Shown one piece after another: positions 20,521-29,283 of a stretch of 64,000 nt of DNA. Below the pieces are notes generated by a model. The model did not search any database, was not told the DNA's origin, and worked only from the letters and a program-made list of their open reading frames with translations. The DNA is from a bacterium (GTDB lineage: Bacteria; UBA8248), in contig OZ241875.1 in assembly GCA_965203325.1 (NCBI GenBank), positions 3,008,001 to 3,072,000 of the forward strand. Direction: 5' to 3'. Every line of letters begins with the position of its first letter. Within the stretch, counting starts at the first letter, position 1. The position numbers and the translations under genes were made by a program.

Positions 20521-20846
20521 ACAGGATGCAAGAAGCGAAGTGAAGGGGTCCCATCGCCCCTCTCCGCTTGGGAGAGGGGCGTATGGGCCTGTTTTCCAGC
20601 CGGTTCGAGTCGACAAAAATTATCCATGGCTTCCATTCATTCCTCAAGGCGGATATCGGAATCATGGTCTGCTCATGGGCCTGTACCGAGATTTCCGATG
20701 AACGTCTGAAGCGGCGACAATCATCGGGCTTAAAACCGGAAAACGCGCCCGGCCTTGCGCATTCAAGCTCGCGCGCCATAGAATCGCTCGCGTCGTTCTA
20801 ATCCGCCCGAAATGATGCTTGACGGTAGGGTTCTCCGGGAGGCGCA

Positions 20847-20897
20847 CGTTCGCCATGTCCAATCTCTACGCGGTCGGCGACATCCACGGCCAGATTC
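20847..20897 (+). repeat. Duplicate of the phosphoesterase 5' end (direct repeat with 21433-21483)
   Basis: 51 bp, one mismatch, includes the ATG and the GDIHGQI codons. Confidence 0.92.
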
Positions 20898-21043
20898 GCC
20901 GGCCGGGCGCCCCGGCAGTCTCCTTCAAGAAAACTCATCCGGGTGCCGCACCGTACCCGGCTCCGTCAAACCGTCGTTGAAAAGCCGGGCAGGGAAACAT
21001 AGAATGCCTGATGATTTGAAACTTTGAGGCAAGGAGGCGCGCC

Positions 21044-21241
21044 ATGAGGTACAAAATCGTTCTCGACCGTTCCGAGGAGGGCTACAGCGTGTGGGTACCG
21101 GGCCTGCCGGGTTGTTGCTCGCAGGGACAAACGGAGGCCGAGGCGATCTCCAACATCGAAACTGCCGCCAGGGAATATCTCAGCGCCGTGGAGGATCTCC
21201 TGGAGGGCGGAGATATACGGGAAATCGAAGTGGCCGTCTAG
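21044..21241 (+). CDS. hicB: HicB family antitoxin (short form)
   Basis: Y.I.L..SEEGY.V.VPGLPGC.SQG.T..EA..NI..A; AAGGAGG RBS. Confidence 0.9.
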   Translation: MRYKIVLDRSEEGYSVWVPGLPGCCSQGQTEAEAISNIETAAREYLSAVEDLLEGGDIREIEVAV

Positions 21242-21242
21242 C

Positions 21243-21329
21243 GTGCCGAAGATCCGGGGGGTCAACCATCTGCATGAGGTGCGCGCCCTGGAAAAGGCCG
21301 GTGTCGACGAATTCCGCAGGCTTTTGTGA
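21243..21329 (+). pseudogene. hicA: HicA toxin with internal in-frame deletion
   Basis: GTG start; MPKIRGVNHLHEVRALEKAG joined directly to VDEFRRLL*; central His-bearing core absent. Confidence 0.75.
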
Positions 21330-21440
21330 AACAAAAGAAACGGCATGACACCCCTTGACGCCACATGCCGCCGGCCACGGACCCCGGGTTCGTAGCTTTT
21401 CTCGGCACGGTCGGATTCACCAGGAGACTCCTCGTTCGCC

Positions 21441-22103
21441 ATGTCCAATCTCTTCGCGGTCGGCGACATCCACGGCCAGATTCACATGCTCGAAGCCCTG
21501 GTGGAGCGCGTGCCCTTCCAGGAAGAGGATGAAATCGTCTTTCTGGGCGATTTCATCGACCGGGGGCGGGATTCCAAGGCCGTGGTCGAGTTCCTGCTCG
21601 GTTTCAGGCGCGAATTCCCAAAAACCGTGTTACTGCGCGGCAACCATGAGGACATGCTCCTGGATTATCTCGCTGGCGGCGGGAGCTATTATCCGGGCGT
21701 CTATGTCATGAACGGAGGCGATGCGACGCTTGAGAACTACCGCGATGAGAGCGGCGATGTCCGCCTCCCTCCCGAGCATCTGAAATTCCTGAACGCCCTC
21801 GAATGGATTCATGTGAGCCGTGGGTTCATCTTCGTGCATGCGGGCTTGCGGCCGGATGTTCCCATCGACAGGCAGGACCCGATGGATATGGTCTGGATAC
21901 GGGAAGAGTTTTTCCATGCGGAATACGATTTCGGCAAGCCCGTCGTGTTCGGGCACACACCGGGGTGGGAGATCAAAAACGAGCTTCCCTTTTATCTGGG
22001 CATCGATACGAGCGCCGTGCACGGCGGGTGCCTGACCTGCGTGCAGCTCGCCGGGGGCGAACTCGTGGAATGCCACCAGGTTTCCTCGCGGGAAGTGGAA
22101 TAA
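21441..22103 (+). CDS. Metallophosphoesterase (PPP/ApaH-like phosphatase)
   Basis: GDIHG, GDFIDRG, RGNHE, VHAG, FGHTP, IDT. Confidence 0.92.
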   Translation: MSNLFAVGDIHGQIHMLEALVERVPFQEEDEIVFLGDFIDRGRDSKAVVEFLLGFRREFPKTVLLRGNHEDMLLDYLAGGGSYYPGVYVMNGGDATLENYRDESGDVRLPPEHLKFLNALEWIHVSRGFIFVHAGLRPDVPIDRQDPMDMVWIREEFFHAEYDFGKPVVFGHTPGWEIKNELPFYLGIDTSAVHGGCLTCVQLAGGELVECHQVSSREVE

Positions 22104-22115
22104 GTTGAATCGCAC

Positions 22116-24404
22116 GTGAAGCGGACCTCAAAGATTCCGGACGACAAGAAGATACTGCGCCTGATCGCCAAAGAGGACAGGCCGATGGCCGTGCGTGAAC
22201 TCGTGCGCCTGCTGGAAGTGCCATCCAATGCGCGGCCCGCGCTCAGGAAGCGCCTGCGCGCCATGGCGGAAGAGGGCGCGCTCGTCCGCGTTCGCGGCCG
22301 CTACTCGACGCCGGGCTCCCTCTCCATCTATCAGGGTGTCTTCCGGGGGCACGCGCAGGGCTACGGGTTCGTCGTCCCGAGCCGGGTCGAGGACGATGAA
22401 AAGCCCCTCGACATCATGATCAAGAAAACCCGCACGCGCGGCGCGATGGACGGCGATCTGGTATCCGCCCGGGTGGAGAAGGTTCATCCCGACGGGAGGC
22501 GCGAGGGTAGCGTGCTCGACGTGGTGGAGCGCGCCCACGAAACCCTGGTGGGCAGGCTCTGCGTCGAGGGCCGGAGCGCGTGGGTGGAGCCTCAGGGAGA
22601 GCGCATCCCGCATCTCGTGGTGCTGGGCGCGGGGAGCCGGGAAGGAGCCAGGCGGGGCGAATGGGTGGAAGTGGAGATCACCCGCTATCCGACCCAGAAA
22701 GAGCCCGCCAGGGGGCGCATTCTGCGCTCATTCGGCTATCCCGAAGACCCCGTCGCAGAAGGGGGGATGGTGCTCGCCAAGCACGGGATACGCGAGGATT
22801 TCCCCAGAAAAGTGCTGGAGGAGGAAAAAAGGCTCTCTCCGCCCGGGGAAGACGACCCTTTCCCGGAAGGTGTGGAGGATTTGAGGGATCTGTGCGCGTT
22901 CACCATCGACCCGTTCGACGCGCGCGACCGCGACGACGCGGTCTCGATAGAAAAGCTCAAGTCAGGCGGCTATCGCTTGGGCGTGCACATCGCCGACGTG
23001 GGCCATTACGTGAAAGGGGGCGGCGCCATCGACAAGGAAGCCCGCGACCGGGGGACGAGCGTCTATCTGCCGGACCGGGCGGTGCCCATGCTGCCGCCCC
23101 GCCTGACGGGCGAGGTGTGCTCACTGCGCGAGGGGGCCGTTCGCAGGACCTTGAGCGTCTTCATCGATTTCGACCGCTACGGGAACCGGACGGGGATGCG
23201 GCTCACCTACGCGCGCATCCGCTCGCGCGCTTCTCTGACCTACCGCGGCGCGGCCGCCGTTCTGGAGGGTGGTGAGATTCCCCGGAAAGACGAGGCCGAA
23301 AGCGCCCGCGCGCTCGAAGCGCCGCTGCGGGAACTCTCGGCCCTTGCGGATAAGCTCCACGCGGAGCGCATGCGCCGGGGCAGCCTCGATTTCGACCTGC
23401 CCGAAGCGCAGGTGCTGCTCGATGAGGAGGGGATGCCGACGGGTATTGAGCGCGCCCCGAAAAACTCGGCGCACCGGCTCATCGAGGAGTGCATGCTGGC
23501 GGCGAACCGGGCGGTGGCGGAATATCTCGCCGAGGCGGGCGGCGCTTCCGTCTTCCGCGTCCACGAGCCTCCTGCCGAGGAGAACCTGGAGGGTCTGAGG
23601 GCGATCCTCTCCAGACTGGGCCTGAAGGCGCCTCGCCTGGAAGCGCTCAAGCGCCCCGGCGGGTTTCAGGAGGTGTTCGAGGCCGTGCGCGGATCGGACG
23701 TGGAGCGCTACGTGAATTTTGCCGCTCTCAGGAGGATGAAGCTCGCGCGCTATGAGGCGGCCCCCGCCCTCCACTTCGGCCTGGGCTTCGAGCGCTACAC
23801 GCATTTCACCTCGCCCATCCGCCGTTATGCGGACCTGTGCGTTCACAGGAGACTGGGGAGGCTCATGCGCGGCGAGGGCGGAAAGCCGCAAGCCAAGCCG
23901 CTCGCCGCTCTTTGCCGCGATATTTCAGAGCGAGACAGAACAGCGGAAGCCGCCTCGCGCGAGATGGCCGATTTCATGAAGGCGCTCTATATGCGCGATA
24001 AAGTGGGCGAGCGCTTTCGCGGCCACGTTTCGGGCGTCGCGAATTTCGGGATTTTCGTGGAACTGGGAGACGTTTTCGTGGAAGGCATGGTGCCCCTCGA
24101 ATTCATGACGGACGACTACTACGGCTTCATTCCCGAGGAGCACGCAGTCTTGGGCCGGAGGACGGGCCGGCGGTTCCGCTTGGGCGACCCCGTTACCGTG
24201 CGCGTGGAGGGTGTTGATCTGGCGTCGCGCCGCGTCACGTTCCAGCTCATGGCGGGCGGGACGCGGGAGGTGGTCGGCGAAGCGGCGGAATCGCGCCGCG
24301 CGGCGAACCTCGCGGGCACGCGCCGCCCCCGCAAGGAGAAAGCCCCCGCTCCCCGGCGCAAGAAGAGGGGAAAGGCGTCGCCCAGGCGCGGGAGACGCCG
24401 CTGA
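22116..24404 (+). CDS. rnr: Ribonuclease R
   Basis: N-terminal HTH and CSDs, TIDP.DARD.DDA, HFTSPIRRYADL, S1 domain, basic tail. Confidence 0.96.
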   Translation: MKRTSKIPDDKKILRLIAKEDRPMAVRELVRLLEVPSNARPALRKRLRAMAEEGALVRVRGRYSTPGSLSIYQGVFRGHAQGYGFVVPSRVEDDEKPLDIMIKKTRTRGAMDGDLVSARVEKVHPDGRREGSVLDVVERAHETLVGRLCVEGRSAWVEPQGERIPHLVVLGAGSREGARRGEWVEVEITRYPTQKEPARGRILRSFGYPEDPVAEGGMVLAKHGIREDFPRKVLEEEKRLSPPGEDDPFPEGVEDLRDLCAFTIDPFDARDRDDAVSIEKLKSGGYRLGVHIADVGHYVKGGGAIDKEARDRGTSVYLPDRAVPMLPPRLTGEVCSLREGAVRRTLSVFIDFDRYGNRTGMRLTYARIRSRASLTYRGAAAVLEGGEIPRKDEAESARALEAPLRELSALADKLHAERMRRGSLDFDLPEAQVLLDEEGMPTGIERAPKNSAHRLIEECMLAANRAVAEYLAEAGGASVFRVHEPPAEENLEGLRAILSRLGLKAPRLEALKRPGGFQEVFEAVRGSDVERYVNFAALRRMKLARYEAAPALHFGLGFERYTHFTSPIRRYADLCVHRRLGRLMRGEGGKPQAKPLAALCRDISERDRTAEAASREMADFMKALYMRDKVGERFRGHVSGVANFGIFVELGDVFVEGMVPLEFMTDDYYGFIPEEHAVLGRRTGRRFRLGDPVTVRVEGVDLASRRVTFQLMAGGTREVVGEAAESRRAANLAGTRRPRKEKAPAPRRKKRGKASPRRGRRR

Positions 24405-24540
24405 GGATCTGAAGCGGGGTTGTTGAATAAGTCCCTCTTGTCAGGGGACAAAGGCAACCCCCCCTACCCCCCCTTGTCAGGGGGGTAAGAAAAGGCGACG
24501 CCCACCACCGAGATGAACACTAATTCACTCCCCCCTTGAG

Positions 24541-26063
24541 GGGGCTGTTGAAAAACCCCGTTTTGAAGCGGGAGGTATGGCGTCTCACGCAGCGGCGGAG
24601 AGGAAGCCCGCGAGGTGCGTGAGGCCGCCAGGAACGCGCATTCGGCGTCTCAAGGCGGCGCAGGCCCTCCACAGAGCGAATAAACGCGCCGCAACAGCGG
24701 CGGCGAGCCGCTTGAGGTTCACCGCAGTCGCCGTCAGGTAGGCCTGGATCCTTATGTTCGCAAGACCCCGGCGCACCGCCCGCGCCAGGCCGTGCCAACT
24801 CTTCGCCTCGCCGTGATAGCCCTCCGAGCGACCCATGTGCCGGCGCCACAGCCGACCCTCCTCCTCCCCACGGCGCGTGTGGCGACGGCGCGCGCGTAAC
24901 AGCGCCGGATACTCATGCGGAACCAGCACCGTCCTGCTCGTGCGGGACTTCGACAGACAATCGGCCTTGAGCGCGCAGCCCGCGCAATCGCGCGTCCTCG
25001 ATACATAGTAGCGACCCCGCTCCGTCTCCTTCCGGGGGCGCAGCGTCTTGCCCCCCGGACACTTCACCACCTTGTGACGCTCATCGTAGCGGAACAGCTG
25101 CAACGGCACCCGGCTCTGGGAAGGCTCCTTCTTCGCCGGTATCACCGCGTCCACCCCCCGACGCTCCAATGCGCCGTACACCTTCGAGTACGCATAGCCC
25201 GAATCCGCCGTCACCACCCCGGGCGCGCGCCCCGTGAGCTCGCAAACCGCATCCAACTGCGGCTCCATCATCTCCCGCTCGTTCAACGTCCCCTCCGTCA
25301 CCGCAACGTCGAGGACAACGCCCCGCTCATCGTCCACCACCGCGTGGTGCTTGTAGCTCGGCTCGAACCCCGCCCGAGCGCTCTTGCGCGCCAGGCGAGC
25401 GTCCGGGTCCGTTCGGCTCACAGACCCCGAACCCCCGCCCCGGCCTTTGCCCTTCTTCTCCGTCTCATCCTCCGAATCGTTCTCCCGCACCACCTTCTCC
25501 GCGTGGCGCTCCGCCAGACTCTCCCAGCTCACGTCCGCACGTATCAAAGAGGCGTCCATGTGAACCACCTCTCCCGTCGCCACCTTCGCCTCCACGCAAG
25601 CCTGAACCGTGCGGCGCAATACCTCCTTGAAGCGCTCCTCCCCCCAGCGCTGGCGAATCCGCGTCAGGCTCGAATGGTCCGGCAACTCCTCGTCCAGCCT
25701 GTACCCGATGAACCACCGGATCGCCAGGTGCGCCTGCGCCTCGCGCAACAGACGCCGGTCGTGGGCGTAGCCCAGCAGCAGGCCCGCCAGCATCAACCGA
25801 ACCACCACTTCGGGGTCCAGGCCCGGACGGCCATTGTCCGCGCAATAGCACTCCGCCACTTCCTCGCGAAGCCAGCTCAAATCCAGTACGCGGTCCACCT
25901 GCCGCAATATGTGATCTTCGGGAATCAACTTCTCCAGCGGGCCGGCCACGAACAAGTCCATCTGCTCGCGCCTCTTGCGATCCAGCATCGAGGGAACTCC
26001 CATCTCGGGCGAGTCGGGATAACTCCATACGATCACAAAACCAAGGGTTTTTCAACAGGCCCT
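24541..26063 (-). mobile_element. IS1182-family insertion sequence, copy 1
   Basis: TIRs GGGGCTGTTGAAAAACCC / GGGTTTTTCAACAGGCCCT; TGAG duplicated at 24537-24540 and 26064-26067. Confidence 0.9.
24585..25988 (-). CDS. IS1182-family DDE transposase
   Basis: LIPEDHILR, GRPGLDP, DASLI, ADSGY, CP...C..C..K..C, R.EG...EAK. Confidence 0.92.
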   Translation of the reverse strand: MLDRKRREQMDLFVAGPLEKLIPEDHILRQVDRVLDLSWLREEVAECYCADNGRPGLDPEVVVRLMLAGLLLGYAHDRRLLREAQAHLAIRWFIGYRLDEELPDHSSLTRIRQRWGEERFKEVLRRTVQACVEAKVATGEVVHMDASLIRADVSWESLAERHAEKVVRENDSEDETEKKGKGRGGGSGSVSRTDPDARLARKSARAGFEPSYKHHAVVDDERGVVLDVAVTEGTLNEREMMEPQLDAVCELTGRAPGVVTADSGYAYSKVYGALERRGVDAVIPAKKEPSQSRVPLQLFRYDERHKVVKCPGGKTLRPRKETERGRYYVSRTRDCAGCALKADCLSKSRTSRTVLVPHEYPALLRARRRHTRRGEEEGRLWRRHMGRSEGYHGEAKSWHGLARAVRRGLANIRIQAYLTATAVNLKRLAAAVAARLFALWRACAALRRRMRVPGGLTHLAGFLSAAA

Positions 26064-26266
26064 TGAGGGTCTGGCTTCCCGAGGGGAAAGCCAGACGATG
26101 AAGCCGAGCGATTTGTGCGAAGGCTGAATCGGTGGGGGGAGATTTATTCTGTGGCATGTCCCCCCACCGAATCGCTTTCGGGCTTACGCCCTCAGCTCTT
26201 CGACTCCCCCTCAAGGGGGGAGTTGATCTTTTTTGCAGGGGTTGATTTTTTATACCCCCCTGTCAA

Positions 26267-27792
26267 AGGGTCTGTTGAAAAACCCTTGGTTTTGTGATCG
26301 TATGGAGTTATCCCGACTCGCCCGAGATGGGAGTTCCCTTGATGATGGGCAGCAGGAGGCGCGAGCAGCTGGACTTGTTCGTGGCCGGTTCCATGGAGCA
26401 GTTGATTCCCGAAGATCACATATTGCGCCAGGTGAACCGCGTGCTGGATTTGAGCTGGCTTCGCGAGGAGGTGGCGGCGTGCTATTGCGCGGACAACGGT
26501 CGACCGGGTCTGGACCCCGAGGTGGTGGTTCGGCTGATGCTGGCGGGCCTGCTGCTGGGCTACGCGCAGGACCGCCGCCTGCTTCGCGAGGCGCAGGCGC
26601 ATCTGGCGATCCGGTGGTTCATCGGGTACGGGCTGCACGATGAGTTGCCGGATCATTCGAGCCTGACGCGTATCCGCCAGCGGTGGGGGGAGGAGCGGTT
26701 CAAGGAGATATTGCGCCGCACGGTTCAGTCTTGCGTGGAGGCGAAGGTGGCGAAGGGGGAAGTGGTGCACATGGACGCTTCGTTGATACGTGCGGACGTG
26801 AGTTGGGCGAGTCTGGCGGAGCGCCACGCGGAGAAGGTGGTGCGGGAGAACGACTCGGCGGATGAGACGGAGAAGAAGGGCAAAGGCCGGGGCGGCGGGG
26901 GTTCGGGTCCGGTGAGCCGTACGGACCCGGACGCTCGCCTGGCGCGCAAGAGCGCTCGGGCGGGGTTCGAGCCGAGCTACAAGCACCACGCGGTGGTGGA
27001 CGATGAGCGGGGCGTTGTCCTCGACGTTGCGGTGACGGAGGGGACGTTGAACGAGCGGGAGATGATGGAGCCGCAGTTGGATGCGGTTTGCGAGCTCACG
27101 GGGCGCGCGCCCGGGGTGGTGACGGCGGATTCGGGCTATGCGTACTCGAAGGTGTACGGCGCATTGGAGCGTCGGGGGGTGGACGCGGTGATACCGGCGA
27201 AGAAGGAGCCTTCCCAGAGCCGGGTGCCGTTGCAGCTGTTCCGCTACGATGAGCGTCACAAGGTGGTGAAGTGTCCGGGGGGCAAGACGCTGCGCCCCCG
27301 GAAGGAGACGGAGCGGGGTCGCTACTATGTATCGAGGACGCGCGATTGCGCGGGCTGCGCGCTCAAGGCCGATTGTCTGTCGAAGTCCCGCACGAGCAGG
27401 ACGGTGCTGGTTCCGCATGAGTATCCGGCGCTGTTACGCGCGCGCCGTCGCCACACGCGCCGTGGGGAGGAGGAGGGTCGGCTGTGGCGCCGGCACATGG
27501 GTCGCTCGGAGGGCTACCACGGCGAGGCGAAGAGTTGGCACGGACTGGGGCGGGCGGTGCGCCGGGGCCTTGCGAACATGAGGATCCAGGCCTACCTGAC
27601 GGCGACTGCGGTGAACCTCAAGCGGCTCGCCGCCGCTTTTGCGGCGAGTATATTCGCTCTGTGGAGGGCCTGCGCCGCCTTGAGACGCCGAGTGCGCGTT
27701 CCTCTCGGCCTCGCGCGCCGATTGGGCTTCCTATCCCAAGCCGCGTGAGCCGCCATTCAGCCCGCACCAAAACGGGGTTTTTCAACAGCCCC
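26267..27792 (+). mobile_element. IS1182-family insertion sequence, copy 2
   Basis: TIRs AGGGTCTGTTGAAAAACCC / GGGTTTTTCAACAGCCCC; GTCAA duplicated at 26262-26266 and 27793-27797; 3 bp longer than copy 1, matching one extra codon. Confidence 0.9.
26342..27748 (+). CDS. IS1182-family DDE transposase
   Basis: Same motifs as copy 1. Confidence 0.92.
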   Translation: MMGSRRREQLDLFVAGSMEQLIPEDHILRQVNRVLDLSWLREEVAACYCADNGRPGLDPEVVVRLMLAGLLLGYAQDRRLLREAQAHLAIRWFIGYGLHDELPDHSSLTRIRQRWGEERFKEILRRTVQSCVEAKVAKGEVVHMDASLIRADVSWASLAERHAEKVVRENDSADETEKKGKGRGGGGSGPVSRTDPDARLARKSARAGFEPSYKHHAVVDDERGVVLDVAVTEGTLNEREMMEPQLDAVCELTGRAPGVVTADSGYAYSKVYGALERRGVDAVIPAKKEPSQSRVPLQLFRYDERHKVVKCPGGKTLRPRKETERGRYYVSRTRDCAGCALKADCLSKSRTSRTVLVPHEYPALLRARRRHTRRGEEEGRLWRRHMGRSEGYHGEAKSWHGLGRAVRRGLANMRIQAYLTATAVNLKRLAAAFAASIFALWRACAALRRRVRVPLGLARRLGFLSQAA

Positions 27793-28145
27793 GTCAAGGG
27801 GGGGTAGGGGGGGTTGCTTTTCATCCAGGTGAGAGGGCAATCAAACCGAACGAAGAGGCCCCGCCCCGTAGTGGGCCGTTCACAAGAGCGGCCCAAGGTC
27901 GCGACCTGTCCCTACAAGACCGGCGGACAGGCACGGGGGCCTGTCCCTACGGACTTCTCTCCCCGGTCGGTTTCATACGCTGAATCAAGGAATCAGGACT
28001 TTTCTACAACCCCTTACGTTTCCCCGATAAAATTTCCCTGGTGGCGGAAAATCCCGTGAGGGGCTATATTGTTTCCCGATAAAGGGGGAGACGCGGGGAG
28101 CGATGCGCTCCTTTTTCTTTTTCCTGGGATTCAAGAGGTGTCGTG

Positions 28146-28607
28146 ATGGCGGGCGGGATCAAGATCGTTGCGGAGAACAGGCGCGCCCGCGCCGATTATG
28201 CGATAGATGAGACCTACGAGGCGGGTCTCGTCCTCACGGGCACGGAGGTGAAGGCGCTCCGCGAGGGCCGCGCGAACCTGAAGGAGAGCTTCGGCGACAT
28301 CGTAGGCGGCGAGGCCTGGCTGGTGGATTGCCACATCAGCCCCTACGGGCACGGCAACATCCACAACCACGAGCCCACGCGCCGCAGAAAGCTCCTGCTC
28401 CACAAGCGCGAGATCGGCCGCCTCATCGGCCGCGTCAACGAGCGGGGGATGACGCTCGTGCCGATGAAGATGTATTTCGCCCGGGGCCGCGCGAAGGTGG
28501 AGATCGGCGTCGGCAAGGGCAAGAAGTTCCACGACCGCCGCGAGGAGCTCAAAAAGCGCGACGCGAACCGCGAGATAGAGCGCGCGCTCAGGGAGAGGAA
28601 CAGGTGA
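28146..28607 (+). CDS. smpB: SsrA-binding protein SmpB
   Basis: NRRA..DY, EAGLVLTGTEVKALR, RKLLLHKREI, GKK..D.R. Confidence 0.97.
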   Translation: MAGGIKIVAENRRARADYAIDETYEAGLVLTGTEVKALREGRANLKESFGDIVGGEAWLVDCHISPYGHGNIHNHEPTRRRKLLLHKREIGRLIGRVNERGMTLVPMKMYFARGRAKVEIGVGKGKKFHDRREELKKRDANREIERALRERNR

Positions 28608-28816
28608 TACGGGACATGTTCAGGGACTACACGATGCGCTGGTGGCAGGTGAGTCTGCTCAAACTCTCGTTGGCCGCGTTCGGCCTGGCGGTCGGCGCCA
28701 CCTGGCCGGGGGCGTTCGAGGGCTGGCTGCTGTGGATATGGCTGGTATTCCTGCTCCCCGCCGCGTATCTGAGCTACGTCTTCTATCCCGAAATGTGGAG
28801 AAGGCGGAAACAGTGA
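28604..28816 (+). CDS. Small two-TM membrane protein of unknown function
   Basis: GTGA overlap with the smpB stop, GGAGAGG RBS, two hydrophobic helices, basic tail. Confidence 0.65.
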   Translation: MIRDMFRDYTMRWWQVSLLKLSLAAFGLAVGATWPGAFEGWLLWIWLVFLLPAAYLSYVFYPEMWRRRKQ

Positions 28817-28873
28817 ATGGGATCGGCCTCGGGGCGATGATCGCCGCCCCGGGCGCCGGTGTTCAACTCTCAT

Positions 28874-29234
28874 GGGGGCGATCCGGTTTCGACGGGAGGA
28901 TTTGAAGTCTGAGCTGCGCGCCGGGGACGCCACTTGGCCCCGTTATCAATGTGGCAAAATCACACCAGCCGACAACGAGCTGGCTCTCGCTGCCTAGACG
29001 CTAGCGAGCGTTCCCCCTCTCCTCGTCCGCGGGCGGGGTGTGGAACGTCATGAAGCGGACTAGCCGACCCAGGTTTCGGTCCGGAGCCTGCTAGGCGAAT
29101 TCGAATCGGACTAGCCCGGAGGATGGCCCGCCGGTGGGCTTGAGACCGGGCGAAACCCTCACCACCGGCTACGCGCGTAGACGCTCACGACGGAAGCCTT
29201 TCGGACGCGGGTTCGATTCCCGCCGCCTCCACCA
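28874..29234 (+). ncRNA. ssrA: tmRNA (one-piece), tag (A)ADNELALAA at 28968-28997
   Basis: 5' GGGGGCG..GGTTTCGAC, 3' GCGGGTTCGATTCCCGC-CGCCTCCACCA, G3-U pair in acceptor stem, tag ORF ending LAA*, next to smpB. Confidence 0.96.
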
Positions 29235-29283
29235 GATGACAATACTTGCGGCGCGGTGCGCCGCCGCCCGGACGGGAGTTCAA

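Larger units (their letters stand above)
24416..28013. mobile_element. Non-autonomous element bounded by IS1182-like inverted repeats, made of hairpin repeats and hosting two IS1182 insertions
   Basis: Left GGGGTTGTTGAATAAGTCC, right GGACTTTTCTACAACCCC; termini resemble 61880-61947 and 30185-30275; no target duplication seen. Confidence 0.6.

Noticed and set aside
24541..27792. Composite transposon formed by the two IS copies
   Set aside because: Each IS has its own target duplication and only about 200 bp of non-coding repeat lies between them, indicating independent insertions
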